From Tubulanus polymorphus (Eukaryota > Animalia > Nemertea), in assembly GCF_964204645.1 (NCBI RefSeq), contig NC_134025.1, positions 11,470,001-11,534,000 of the forward strand: DNA of 64,000 bases. Reading direction: 5' to 3'. The first letter of the stretch is position 1; every line of letters begins with the position of its first letter. Made by a program: the position numbers and the translations under genes. Below the pieces are notes generated by a model. The model searched no databases and was not told the origin of the DNA. It saw nothing but the letters and a program-made list of their open reading frames with translations. Shown piece by piece: positions 1 through 13,154 of the stretch.

Positions 1-1567
1 TGTTACACTGGATCAGGCTTATCCCTGTGTTGGAAAGCTAATGAAAAGTGCATGGGCCTGGGTATTAAATGTGTAGGTATCAAATGTAGCCCAAGGCAGA
101 GAAAACACAAACTTGAAAGGCAAACAACAAAATTATAGGCCTTAAAGAAAACAAAAGTCTAAAAGAATATAAAAATCAAAACATAGGCTATCCCTAATTA
201 TTAGTTGGATAGAATTTTTTTTCATTTCCAGAAATATATAGATATTTGTAGAAGTTTCTGGCAATAAGTTTCATGGAACAAATTTAGCCTATTGCCTAAA
301 TAATGTAATTTGGTTTTTAGGTTTTCCTGGTACCTTCCGAGGAAATCCAAGGATAAATTGATTTAAATCTCAAAGAAAAATGCTGAAGTAATTAGAAAAT
401 AATTTTTTTAAGCATTTTATTTTTCAACTGCTTTTTGCCATTTTCACAAACCTGAGTCATGTTAGGTAAGTGTACATCACTGTTCATTGGCTACGCGACC
501 TTATGATTAGTTGTTAATACACTCAGGTCACATAAGATCCAATCCCGTCCGATCGGTGTAAGAAATAGAACACGTCCGATCAGCTTACGACTGGTCTGTG
601 ATCAGTTTTAACAATCTTAAGTAGCCTAGGCCTACTCATGTTGCAAAGATTCCATAAGATCCGAAGATCAGGTCAGATTTTTTGCCACCTGCGTTAGGCT
701 TTAGTTATCACCACGTTAATGTTGACACTAGTAGAAGTAGAAGGCTGTTAAGGATCAGTATCAACAGTTTGCCAAGCTTAGACTGACTACATTAAAATAA
801 CAAAGGATGAATTCAAACGTCTTCGTTTTAACCTGTGCTGTGATCAAATAGATGCAGCGGATGCTCAGTGTACACGCGTGGCTATTCCCGAGTACTGACA
901 AGCTACCGATCAAAGCACATAGGCCTAGGCTACATGATTTCTTCTTTGTCAAATCAAAGTTTCCTCATTAGCGTAGTTATCTCTGCTCGGCAAAGGTTTT
1001 GGGAGTACCCCCACTGTTAGGGGGAGGGGGTTCGATTTTTGGTACATACACGGTATGGGGGGCTGGGGGCGTGGATAGCAGAAAAAGTTAGTACCTCCAC
1101 TTTGGGGGTGTTTTGATTAATCTGTACTCTTTACGTAGTTAATGCCCCAAACTCAAATAGAAATAGCCTATTTCTGCTCTGCCATAAATGGAAAATTGAT
1201 GCTAACTACCGTACAAATTATTAAAAATATAAATATTTAGTTTATTCTTAATTGGGATCATCGTTTTATATGCCACACATGTAGTATGTATGCTCCTACA
1301 AATCCTTGTTATTATTGGTACCGTACATGTATTTTGTACGCGGTACAAAGAATTCAATATTTTTTTATATGGTACATAGCTGAACGGGGAATAATGAATT
1401 TGATACAATGGTGGGTACGTACATGGGAAGGGGGTCAGAAAATTGGGAGTTTTTGCAGTTCGTACTTTTTAAATGCGCCCTTTTGAGAAAATTAGATTAA
1501 CTCAAACTGATCTTAAACTTCCGGCTGCACCAGCAAAAACGAAATTGTTTCATCCCTTGTTGTTATA

Positions 1568-2042
1568 AGGCTGGCTTATGTCGACAAGCAACTCGACGCC
1601 TACCGATGCAACTGGGTTTATCGTCGGTCTGAGGCTGCCAGTTGCTCCATTTCATGGCAACCCGACGCCTACCGACTCATCACAAGCCGCATCTGGCTAG
1701 TTGGTATTCCACTATTCGGTCTCAGTTGTTGGAAATAAGCCGCGATCACACGGAGATGATTTGGCCAGCGCCTAATTTGGCCCGTGCCTAATTAGAGAGC
1801 GCGTTCACACGCAAACCATTCACTCGATACTAAACAATGCTCAAACAAAGCGAAGTGGATCATTTCCGGTACCAGTTGCAATTCAAACGCAATCATTTCT
1901 CTGGTGCTAAAATTTGGCTCGGGCCAAAAATGCTCGTGTGATCGCGGCTATAGAAGTGCAGTTGACATAAGCTGGGCTGCAATCGCGGTTACTCCCGGTT
2001 GAGTCAGTAGACGCCGCGTCGCTTGTGGACATAAGCCAGCCT
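1568..2042. mobile_element. Harbinger-like MITE hosting a nested MITE
   Basis: TIRs AGGCTGGCTTATGTCGACAAGC / GCTTGTGGACATAAGCCAGCCT; flanks ata / tta. Confidence 0.7.
1738..1949. mobile_element. MITE family A (TIR AGCCGCGATCACACG, 3-bp WTA TSD; PIF/Harbinger-like)
   Basis: 15-bp perfect TIRs, TSD ATA, internal tggcccg..ccaaattt repeats. Confidence 0.85.
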
Positions 2043-2521
2043 TTAGACGTAGTGACTGTCTGATGCCGATCCTTGTAACAGTCAATTATTAGCAACAGTC
2101 TCAAGAGAAAATCAACTATGCATAAGTAAAATCTAAGCCAAGAACGAAGCAGATAGTATAGGGGGGCCTAGTTGTGAGTTATCATATTGCCAATGCATTT
2201 GTTTAAATTGATCGAATCCTTAGATTATAAACGTCATCTCTTGATTTCACGAATCGGTGATCTTGCGTCTTAACCCCGGTCGCGAAATATACGGCCGTGT
2301 CTAATTTTTTTATACGTATATCTATAGATTCAGGTGTTTTATGCGGATAGCCCCATTCTGACGCTAATTGGAAATTCATTATATGTTGCCATGGTAATTA
2401 CCGATGTCATCGAGCGTTATTTTATGCACAACGCGCGGCCATCTTTTCAACATCAGCTCCACACGATATTCGGGTTTATTTCGCTTTTAAGTAATGTCTA
2501 ATTAGGCAGATCAGTAGGCTA

Positions 2522-2553
2522 CTGCCGCTGCTGCTGCTGCCGCTGCTGCTGCT
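2522..2553 (+). repeat. Imperfect (CTG)n microsatellite
   Basis: Directly visible. Confidence 0.8.
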
Positions 2554-3304
2554 GGTGCTATATACGGCCACCGACGACATTCCGACTGGTGTTTGCGTGT
2601 ATACAATTGATCGATCAAATGGATACACCAGCGCTTAGCGCTATATGAATCAAAACGACCGTCCACGGTAGCAGATATGGTTATCTTTACACGACACGGA
2701 TTCCGATGATGTCGTCCGTGCCATTTAAAATTCATTGTATAAATTTTGATGGATACATCACGATTCGTAAATGAATGACCTCAGGGGCTAAGGCAACATC
2801 CGTTTCGTAATTTCTGTCGTGAGAAATTGATTCGGTAAAAGTACTTCGTTTCGTTTGTCCCGTGCGTTGCCTATATTAGTCTTTTAGAAAGACGGCGCAT
2901 TTCAAAACCATTTTCCATTTCCCAATTGTCGGTAACTGGGCTAATTCGCGAATGGACGTGTAATTCATTCCGACAGTCTCGAGACGTGTTCTCAGGTTAA
3001 GGAAATCATATATCTAGTGGTTTCTAGGCGTCGTCATCGTACAAGGATAGCCTTATTCGTACGCTGGAATGTGCTTCCATACGCCGTACTTTCCTCTTAG
3101 TCGCCACGACAGAAATCCCCTCTTCAGGAAATCCTCCTGAAATAAGTCGTGGAATGTATCCCATAGCGTCAGGAAATATTGACCCAGGAATTGTGGATAC
3201 GTAGGGAAATCTTCGATGTAGATTTTGATAGTCTCAGGGTCTGGATGCCTACCTTCCCATTGAGGTTGTCCTTTTTTCAGATGAGAACATGAATAGACCC
3301 TAAA

Positions 3305-3430
3305 AATTGCAATTCATACGCAATAATTTGACTCGTGCTCAAATTTGGCTTGGGCCTTGTCTGACGCTTTTGGTTGGGCCAAACAGACACGGACCCATTA
3401 GCTACCCCTGTGAACAGTTGTTTCGGGCCT
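3305..3430. mobile_element. MITE family A fragment
   Basis: ttgcaattca..cgcaat..aaatttggct.gggcc shared with the other copies. Confidence 0.65.
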
Positions 3431-4164
3431 TATTCCACCCGGTAATAGTAATATTACTACTTCAAACTGGTTGGTCAGCTATGAAGCATCGGTGAAATTG
3501 ATTTTCCAAGAATTTTGCGCAGTCTTCGCGTACCCTGACTCATAATACAGGTCCCTTTCCTCGTATGGCACTCTCATGTCCCGTAACGTAATAAGAATTG
3601 TGTTCAAATTCAGCGCATGCGACGAATATTGAACATTTTTTCCATTCGCCTGTGATGTTTCACACTTTCATCATTCCGGTTCGATGTCGCGCCCCTGTAA
3701 CCATACAACAAGAATAAACAAGAAAATTAACTTTAATAAATTATTTGACGCCTGCGAAAAAATGTAGAATTTCTGGGATAAGCTAATGTGGAATTGCATA
3801 TTTGACACCAAAATTTGGGGAATTATGAGATTTGGCGATTGGGTAGATGATACTGTCTTCGACTGGTCTAATTAAAGAAAAAATTGTCCAAAAAAACCCG
3901 AAACCTGTTCTAACTCGGATCGACTGGATGTTTATCTTTTTCGCGTTGAATTTTAGTAGCGCTTGATGCGAAATATATTGAAATTAACAACTCCCGATGT
4001 AGCGATCATTTCATTAGACCATCAAACATTCATTACGTGGTATAGTAAAACGCGCCTAATCCGGATCATTTGGGGCCGATTAAATTCCCACGGATTAAGC
4101 ATCGTTTTCTGTGTATACGCATATACGAAAGCGACGACTGTAAATTATATGATTGAAGCTGCAA

Positions 4165-4441
4165 AGATTTGGCCCCGGCCAAATTAGCACGGATCAGGCC
4201 CCGAGTCCAATTTGACCCGTGGCTTATTAGAGAAAGTGCATACACATCACTCAACACCAAGCAAAGTGAGTTACTTCAGGAACCAGTTGCAATTCATAAG
4301 CGATAATTTGGTAAAATTTGGCTGGGGACCTAGTCCGACGTTTTTGCTTGGGCCAAATAGGAACCCATTTGGCGCCCGTGTGATCAGTTATTCCGGGCCT
4401 AATTTAGCATGGGTCAAAATGCTTGTGCAATTTTTGGCTTA
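4165..4441. mobile_element. MITE family A copy
   Basis: Colinear similarity to 24970-25265. Confidence 0.75.
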
Positions 4442-5456
4442 AATCTTTATGGATCGAAAATATGCTGTTTTGACTGTTTGTTACTTGATCGTGAGGTTAG
4501 AATTTATTCAGACTTGAAGTGCTTTCTTGTATTGAAATTAACGATTCCCAAAATGGCGATCAGGTATGTTGTGTAAAATACAAAGACAAATCTTCGTTCA
4601 TCCCTCGAGTCTCATTTCGTAGATAGGATAAATGACTATGAAAGGCAACAGCAGTATTAGATTTGGCTACGCCTGTTTCGGAATATGCTTAACACAATCA
4701 AATGTCAGTATCGTGTAAAATACAATGTATGGGTAAAATCAGAGTAGAGTTTTTTATGAATACACTTGTATAGGGTAACGATATTTTTGAAGCTAGCTTC
4801 ATAAATATCGTTATAATTGTATATTGATTTGGCATTTAGCTATATGAATGAATTGTCAGGTGAATTGTATAGAAAACTTGTGTTTCGAGTGCACAAGAGC
4901 CTAAATACATCAAAGAGAGGTTTTAGAGTGGCCGGTGATCTTGATATTTTATAGTAGTGATTCTGCGATTTTCCTCTGTATCAGTAACGAATCTGGAGGA
5001 ACAAAGATGAAAAATGATAAATTACTTCGATATCTCAAGTTTAATCTAACACAAAACGGCGGAGCTGGATCCAGTTTTACCGCGAAGGAAAACTGGTATG
5101 AGTGAGATTTTTTCTTTCCGTTTTATGCTGGCCATCGATGCAATCAGGCTGTCCGGGGCATTTTTGAAAAATCTGTATGATGAAATTGCGAAGCGTCGTC
5201 TACGGCATCGACTTCGAAAAACGCCATTTCCAGTATCAATTTCTCCGATTTCGAAGAAGTCACCGACGACGAGACATTTTGCTTATTAGTTTTCACAGAA
5301 GCCGTATCTAGTCGACGTAGACCTGTCGTGTATTCGCGCGCGTGTTATCATTAGATTGCACACAGTTTTTGTACAGGCTTATTTAGAAAAATTTTGACAT
5401 CCGGTCTTCACTAATACGTTTCGCTGACTGGATTCAAAAAAGGTTGATGACATTTA

Positions 5457-5745
5457 AGCCGCCATCGCACGAGCGTTTTTTGCCAAATTTGGCCCGGAAC
5501 AACTGTTCACACAGGTGCCAAATGGGCCGGAGCCTGCTTGGCCCGGGCCAAATTTTAGCACCAGACAAATGATCGCGTTTGAATTGCAACTGGCACCGGA
5601 AATGATCCACTCTGCTTTTTTTTAGCATTGTTTAGTATCGAGTGAATGGTTTGCGTGTGAACGAGCTCTCTGATTAGGCACGGGCCAAATTTGGTCCGAG
5701 CCTGATCTGTGCCAATTTGACCCGCGCCAAATCGTCTCCGCGGCT
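5457..5745. mobile_element. MITE family A copy (opposite orientation), TSD TTA
   Basis: tta|AGCCGC...GCGGCT|tta. Confidence 0.85.
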
Positions 5746-6755
5746 TTAGAGAACACGAAGAAAGATGGTCGGCTTTGATTATAATAAGGCTTGACTCGTT
5801 CCACAGCTCTGGATTAAAATTCTAGGATCTGAATATTCAGAAATGAACTTATTTGTCTCATCAATTTTTAGTTAAAACGAAGAAGAATTGGATTTCAGAG
5901 GGTTCTTTATTAATTTTGCATTTAAAACCCCAATTTAACATCGATTTACGCGATTTACCCCTTTACTTTTTGTAGAATGAAGATCAAAATATCTGAATTT
6001 TCCTACAGAATTATTCTTTATAGTTCTGTATAGAAGGCCTTTTTAAACTATTCAGTACGGAGCCAGCACCCAGAATTCAGCCAAAAGCATCATAGCTATT
6101 AGAAAAATATTTTTCAGTCGTCCACTGTGTTTTCATCGTATTATTTTTCACCCCAAAAAGGTATATTTTTCCTGATATTTTACTCTTAGTTTTCGATTTG
6201 CTGAGTTAATTTTCTTCGTCAAGCATTGCACCAAGTGGCCATGATCTTCCTGTACCCCTAGATTAGTTTTTCCACAGTCGTTCCAAGTAATTTTTGAAAA
6301 AAAGGCCTGTAATATCATGGCTGGCACGAACCCCTTTACGATATTTTCCCCGCCCTGTACACGCGAAGGGTTTAGCCTCTTACTCGAAATTCTACGCGTG
6401 TTTTGTCACATCAAAACCTGATGCGCGCGGCATCAGGTTTCTGTCAATAGTTCACGGCTATCAGCGCTGTCCAGAATTGGTCGTTTGACCGGTCAATAAC
6501 TGTCGTCGTTGGAATTTCAATGAACGCGAATGTTAATCGGGATAATGAAATATTTCGCGATAACGTCGATAGATATGCTGTAATCTATCAAATGCATGGG
6601 ACGGGTCCCGACGACGATACAGCACGGATGATTCGCGATGGCCTTATCGTTTTCGAAACACCGTCGACGGATCGATAACGACAGGTGTATCGCGTCTTTA
6701 TTAATCCCATTGCTCTATCGCTTGAAAACAGTATTCGTGTAGTCGGAGATGTTTC

Positions 6756-7028
6756 CAGGGGCGGATCTAGGAAATTTGGTATGCTTCTGGGGTCCAGAAG
6801 AAAGGAAAAGGCATTTTTCAGGTAACGCAGCCTTTCTGTAGGTTACTATTGGAGTCCCGCCAATGTTTAAAAATTTTTTCGAAGAAACACATTCGAAAAG
6901 ATGCAATTTCTGAAAGGATAGGTGGAAAATTAGCAAGTTTCAATGATCTTCGACTTGACGAAAAGGGCAACCTCAATAGGAAGGCACAGAGGTCCGGACC
7001 CCGAGACCACCCCCTAGATCTGCCTCTA
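6756..7028. mobile_element. MITE with CAGGGGCGGATCTAG TIRs
   Basis: caggggcggatctagg ... cctagatctgcctct. Confidence 0.65.
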
Positions 7029-9399
7029 AAGTTTTACCTATTTCATATATCTCCACCTTTGGCAGAGACTGTCAGACACTAATTAGCAAGCATTGTTGCA
7101 AAACATTGGCAGGTGAGATTTGACGACGTTTTTGAAAATGGCTCGTCGAAACGTCGATATCCTCGTACTGTTTTTCTTCGATTACGGGCTTTACTCGTCT
7201 CGTATGAATTCGACATACATGATTTGTCAATGAAAAACCAAACAATCAGATTTGCCCTTCGATCAAAAATCATTCACTCAATTAACCGTTATTCCCGAAA
7301 GATATTTCCGTGCGTGTTCATAACTATGAAAATCTAGTCGATGCTGCGCGCGCGCGGCACTTGTCATCAATATCCTACACTAGGTAAAACATTACACCTA
7401 CATTCGTATTGCGTATCCCATCACTCATGCATACTTAGCTCCATAAATAGTTATTTATGCGGCGATTTTTATCGTCAGTGTCGGTGGTAGATTCATTCAG
7501 TCTTCGATTTTCTAGATTGATGATGGAATCGTGGTAAATTTCAATATGTACCTGCATTCAGCAGTACTGTTGGTTGGAATCAAATTTTCTTATCGACGAC
7601 TCCCAACATACGCTCTGTTTTTGCTTATCTCCGGGTCCTGGCAGAAACTACGTAACTGGCCCTTGAATCACAGGGAACACGAGACAATTTGACATTAAGA
7701 CCATGCTTCCTCATTTCGATCAACACTTTATTTAGTTATAGCAACCTATACAAAAATCATCTCGAAAATGTAATATGTAATAGATGTAACAAATTGAAGA
7801 TGGGATCATGTGATAATACAAGGTAGTTAATTGAGTCTGGGGGGAGCATATTTAACCAAGTGGGCATGGTGTCCCTGGACTTCTAGTTGATATTGCTCTC
7901 ATGGCACATTGTTGCAATTTTGTGAAATAAATTTTGCTTGACCAACAACTTGAGATTTGCAAGGTCGTTGAAGATGGGTGAACTATTTTAAAACAAACAT
8001 TACAAATACTTAATAGTTTGTTGAAAGAGAAAAAAACCGACCCAACAATACAGCAAAAAGTGTCCTAACAAAAAGGCTGCACAACCATTGTAAAATGGTC
8101 GTTTACATGTTTTCCTGCAAAGGAAGAAATGGAATCTGGCAAGTTGACCTTACTGACCGCAGTGAAAAATAATATTCCCATTTGTTTTGCCGAACACATT
8201 TGTTGTTTTGTTTCATTTTTTCTTTATGGAATATTACGCTCTTAGACGTCATAGATATATAAATAGAATTGCGGAGTGGGCGAGAGCCGACAAACGAGAT
8301 ATCACTTAAACTAATCTTAAGTAACGTTGTTACATGTTTTCATCTCCCAATGGAGTTCATTTGAATGACATATGGCGGCACGTCACGTCGGTAATGGACT
8401 GCTCATAGATTACATATACAACGCAAACCGATACCCTTCGAAAGAGTCACAGCCGGAGAGAGAGAGCGAGAGATAGCTGCATGCTACGCGCTCTAGAGTG
8501 GATGGTGAGGGATGGTTGCCTAGCAATGCACACTGTCGTCGTAGTTGATCAATCACATTTCTATTGATGTCATTAGAAGTTGCAATCGTTACCGCACTCC
8601 CTCTGATTTCGGCCCGTTTATACGAACGTGTGAATTCGCATGCATAGATGGCATGTTCGGAAAAAATCCGTATTCTTTCCTAAGCATTTTTCGGGATGGT
8701 TTTTCGTTAGAAACTTAAGTAAAGACATTTAATCGAAGACGTTTAAAGAGGGTTTCAGTTAATGTGATATACACCTGCTTTTGTTCGTTATCTGTAGGTA
8801 ATTGAAAGGATATCTTAGAATCTAGGATTTTTTTTCGCAAAATTTATGATTTATTTCGTGTTGGATGTCCACTCCATGCCATGGAATTTTTCCTTCACGC
8901 ATGGCAGTTGATTCCCTGAAAATTGGCAAACAACTTGGAATTTTACCAAAATTTTGTCTTCACGAATTTTATAGTTTTTTTTCCTCATTTGTGTTGAAAG
9001 CTACCCCCAAATTACAAGTAGACCGTTCTGTATTGAGGACTCAAAGGACTAGATATAAAGACTTCTCCCCCTTTGATATGTATACTAGTTATCATTCATG
9101 ACATTGAATATATATTTTCACGCATATGTATGTGTAAGGTCATTGTCAAATAAAAACTATGTGTACGACCTTAATATTCATTGTAATTCTTTCATCAATA
9201 ACAGCTACAACATCTGTTCTGCTATGATTGGATTGTGTTTGACAGCATTTATGATGATGACTAGGTTAGTCGTTCTGTTAACCGACCCTCTTGATTAGTT
9301 CATTTTTATCTGATCGTCAAATCTTGATGATCGGTTAATGGTGGCGGGGACAAAATGTGCGCTCAGACAAATATACGATGATGTAACGATATCAGAGAA

Positions 9400-9522
9400 T
9401 TTGCAATTCAAACGCAATCGTTTGTCTGGTGTTAAAATTTGGCTCGGGCCTGGTCCTGAAATTTGGCTCGGGCCTGGTCCGACGTTATTGGTCATGCCAA
9501 AAATGCTCGTGTGATCGCGGCT
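9400..9522. mobile_element. MITE family A right-end fragment
   Basis: Ends in ctcgtgtgatcgcggct; internal tandem duplication of about 24 bp. Confidence 0.75.
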
Positions 9523-9560
9523 GAAGAGTGTAAAGAGTCAAAAATGTTTATTCAAGTTAA

Positions 9561-10245
9561 TGCTGGGTTCACACACACAACTTTTTGAAGAGAAAATTGA
9601 GAAGTTGTCTCAACTTCTCGATTTCTCAACTTCTGACCCGGTTAGATAAATAAACAAAGTTGTGTCAAAATGTGTGTTCACACACACAGCTTAATTCACA
9701 CAACTCCAGCTGGGCGTAGATGCAGCAGTGCATAGAAGGCATAGAAGGATGAACAAGAAATTGCAATTTAAGCAGAAATCAAAAAGATAATTGTGATAAA
9801 ACGACTTTGGCCTATCCAGCATCCATATGGATATATCATGCCCGGTGTTAGGGGATCCTGGTACCGCCTGACTCCAGAAATTTTAAAGAGAATTCATGAG
9901 TCTCATATATCAATTATCTGATAGACATGCGATTGATGAGATTTTAAAGGTTTATTCTTTTATTGTAGAAATTGTAGAAATATATTGCCCTCTCTTACCA
10001 GAAAGGAAGACTATTAAAATGCGCGCGAATATACTGCATGTTGATTGGTTAGATTTCTCTCAACTCCTGGACTGAGTTGAGAGAAATAGAACATGTTCTA
10101 TTTCTCTCAACTAGTCGAGACTAGAGTTGTGTCGAGGAAAATCGAGCAACTTTTTCGTTCACACACATGACTCACTTCAAAATAGTTGTCCTCGACTGTG
10201 AGTTGCTCGATTCCTCGACGAAAAATCGTGTGTGTGAACCTAGCA
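9561..10245. mobile_element. Non-autonomous Harbinger-like DNA transposon, about 685 bp
   Basis: TIRs TGCTGGGTTCACACACAC / GTGTGTGTGAACCTAGCA; flanks taa / tga; subterminal ctcaact repeats. Confidence 0.75.
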
Positions 10246-11041
10246 TGATGTTTATTCTACGTTTCGCCTGAAAACGTGGCCTAAACTCATAGGACTGGCA
10301 GAATTGGTCTGAGTTAAGCGAAGTCCGAGTTTGGGTTAGGAAAATATGTTTGGAAGTCAGAAAAATGATTTCGCTTTCGTCCGAATCAGTCAAAAGTCCT
10401 AGTTGGCCATGTCTTGAGTTAGGCGAGGGTTGTTACACTGTAAATCGTAATAGTCATCTTCGGGAATACTATTAAAAACAATTCGTCAGGAATCACTTCT
10501 ACTTCGGGATAATATCATGCGTACACAACCCATTACGCGCGGACTCGATAGTTACGGCGATAGATTCTGAAACCGGGAGTCGTAACACTTCACGTAAGGG
10601 CTATCACTCGATTATTCATTCTTTCTTCGCGCTTATCCATAAATTATGCTGATAAAAGTCGATCGATCGGAGTCTGCGGGGTTCACGCGTGTGCGCGCGG
10701 CGCGTTATTTAAATCCACGGCTACGACGCCGACCTCCGACGACTGATGTGTTGTTCTAAACCCTATAACGCGTAACTCCTATATATCGCACAAAAGACCT
10801 CTTCGCGTAATTCATGAAGATACCCCTGTGTCATCATCGCGCTTGTGTACGTTCGCGGCGGGTTTTAGTGTATGCGCGCATATCAATTATTGATCCCGCT
10901 CGCTCGCTACTCGGTGTGTTGCTACCCATGATGCAGTGCTATTCAGTCGGATGACAGGAGACTGGTGGCTAGTTCGCCGTATGGAAGTATTATTATTATT
11001 CTATGAACTTATTTAATTTCGGTTCGTCTCTTGCCTTGTAG

Positions 11042-11118
11042 GAGTATACGTTGACTTACCGATAAGAGATTACCGGCTTGAGGGGTGGAACTATCATTCG
11101 GACTATACCCTGTTGAAG
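11042..11118 (+). other. Candidate non-coding 5' UTR exon of Syt1 (may extend up to an Inr-like TCAGT at about 10943)
   Basis: Strong donor aag|gtatgt at 11119; pyrimidine-rich tag at 11039-11041; CpG-rich region 10570-10980 upstream. Inference only. Confidence 0.35.
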
Positions 11119-11166
11119 GTATGTTTTTCGCTTTTCATTCAGTGACCAGACGCTGGAGCGTTTATA

Positions 11167-11451
11167 CAGTAAAACCCGCTTAATCCGGTTCAGTTAGATC
11201 TGTACTAAGATGTCATCTGGATATCGCGCTTGATCAGCCTATATTCATAGTGTGTAAATCATGATTTTTAATCCTGGGCCCGGTTTTATAGACTGGCATT
11301 ATCTTAAACCCGGGGTTTAACTCAATTGAAAATGAATTAAGTTAGCCCCCGGGTTAAAGTTAATACCAGTCTATAAAACCGGGACCAGATTTCTAGTGAA
11401 CTGGATTAGTTTTGTCGGTCACAAATGATCCGGATTAAGTGGGTTTTACCA
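11167..11451. mobile_element. Tc1/pogo-like MITE with nested CWG-flanked MITE (11277-11385)
   Basis: ta|CAGTAAAACCCGCTTAATCCGG ... CCGGATTAAGTGGGTTTTAC; relatives near 4040-4110, 38630-38760, 43085-43235 and 60048-60150. Confidence 0.75.
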
Positions 11452-12661
11452 TTACTTTACACCTTTACATATAACAGAAAATCAATGTTTCTTCTAGACC
11501 CTAAACTCAAAATAAACTCGGATATCGTAACCTTACAATTTGGCTATTGATTCCCAAATCTACGACAGACGATCTGCGATCGATTTAAGTCGATTTGCCC
11601 CGCCTGTAAAAGCAGAATTTTAAAAATCGCTTAATCGGTCTGGTACTTCGATTATCAGTGTTATCGTCTTATTGGCGATTCGTAACGTCGGTGGCACCAC
11701 GGCGGACACTATGCCGTTTTTCGTTTAAATGATAAAAAAATCTTAGATCGAGACATCGATCAGTCCGATCAGAGGTTTACGATGCCCGGATAGCTTATAA
11801 GTAATAAAGGTAAAAGCCGACGTCCGTTTTTGACTTATATATTGGCTTATATCGTAGTCAGTGTTTACATGTGACCCTTCTGGACGGAGGTAAAAGTTAC
11901 GTAGGTAATTCGACAATCACATTACTTGTAGGATCGCTAGTGCTTTCAGGTAATCAGGTAATGAAGAGTTGTTTTATGAAGTCTCGATAAGAATTGAATC
12001 GTAAATCCACCAGTTTTTCATTCAGATAATTCAGAAGGTATGCTTTGATTTTCGCACCTAAAGCAATATAATGAACTCTTTTATCGTAATCTTTTGATGG
12101 CGGAAATATTACAGTAAAGTTTTCCGAGAATAAGGAATCAATTTTATCTACGCCCCGAGCTCATCTCATGATATTACAGACTTCTGACAAACCCAACTAC
12201 TATCACTACTACTATTTGAGAGTAGTTCAACTCTGTGAAAAGTTCAATTACTTTTTGAAATTTGAAAAACGAATACTTGAAGACAAATCGGACGATTTCT
12301 ATTGAATTATCTTTTAAAAAGATGAACATTTTTAAAAAGATTTAAAATTATCTTTTTAAGACCCGTAAGGAGAGGAAACTGCTACGAATGGATATGTCAT
12401 TTTCAACTCGAAGCGGCGCATCAGTTTCGATTATCTCATTTTCAAAAAATTCAACAAATAAAAGTCGCTCGCAAGCTCCAAGCTGTAGGGTTATATTCCA
12501 ATATGTCCATCGTCATTCCTGGTTTCTCTCGATCATCGTAACCATGGTAATTAGTTTTTCAGCTCGCAGGTTCTTCAAGTCGTCTATGCTATGAAACTAG
12601 ATGTGTTTCCTAAGTGTATTTTGACTGTCATGAGAACCGTATCGAAACTCATTTCATACAA

Positions 12662-12909
12662 TAAGATAAAAACCCACTATTTACAAATTAAAAGAAATCT
12701 AAAATCGAGAATTTATTAATTGAAACACTAGAGATCATCACCTGACGATGATCTCTAGTGTGAGATCGAAACGTCGTGTTCTTATATTTTAGATTGTTTT
12801 TTAGATTGTTTGATTAATAAATTCTCGATTTTAGATTTCTTTTAATTTGTAAATAGTGGGTTTTTATCTTATCATCTGTTCACCACGTTTGAGTGTGGTA
12901 ATCGTACCA
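12662..12909. mobile_element. Penelope-like inverted-repeat insertion carrying the hammerhead, with 13-bp target-site duplication
   Basis: About 60-bp perfect inverted arms (12661-12720 / 12813-12872); TCATTTCATACAA at 12649-12661 and 12910-12922. Confidence 0.7.
12739..12778 (+). ncRNA. Minimal type I hammerhead ribozyme motif
   Basis: cac-CTGACGA-t-[gatctc tagtgt gagatc]-GAAA-cg-TC-gtg: full catalytic core, stem II, palindromic ACGT stem III, 3-bp stem I. Confidence 0.72.
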
Positions 12910-12960
12910 TCATTTCATACAACCGTTGATAAAAATGCTTTATCCGTGTGATGATAATGT

Positions 12961-13154
12961 GTGGAGAATCCCGCAGGCAATGATAATGAAAAAAAGTAAT
13001 ATGAAGTCGGAAAATGTTTGTTCGAGCTAGTATAGTAGTTTAGTAATCCTGAAGATGACTTTAAGAATAAAGTCAAAACAACGAATAAACTACTAGCTCA
13101 AGGAAACATTTTCAGACATATTACTTTTTTTGTTATTATTACGGGATTCTCTAC
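12961..13154. repeat. Degenerate palindrome centred on a decayed hammerhead core
   Basis: Arms gtggagaatcccg / cgggattctctac; centre CTGAAGA-t-gacttta..taaagtc-AAAAC (G12 lost). Confidence 0.55.

Noticed and set aside
2511-2735. ORF ending in poly-Ala
   Set aside because: Explained by the (CTG)n microsatellite; no coding context.
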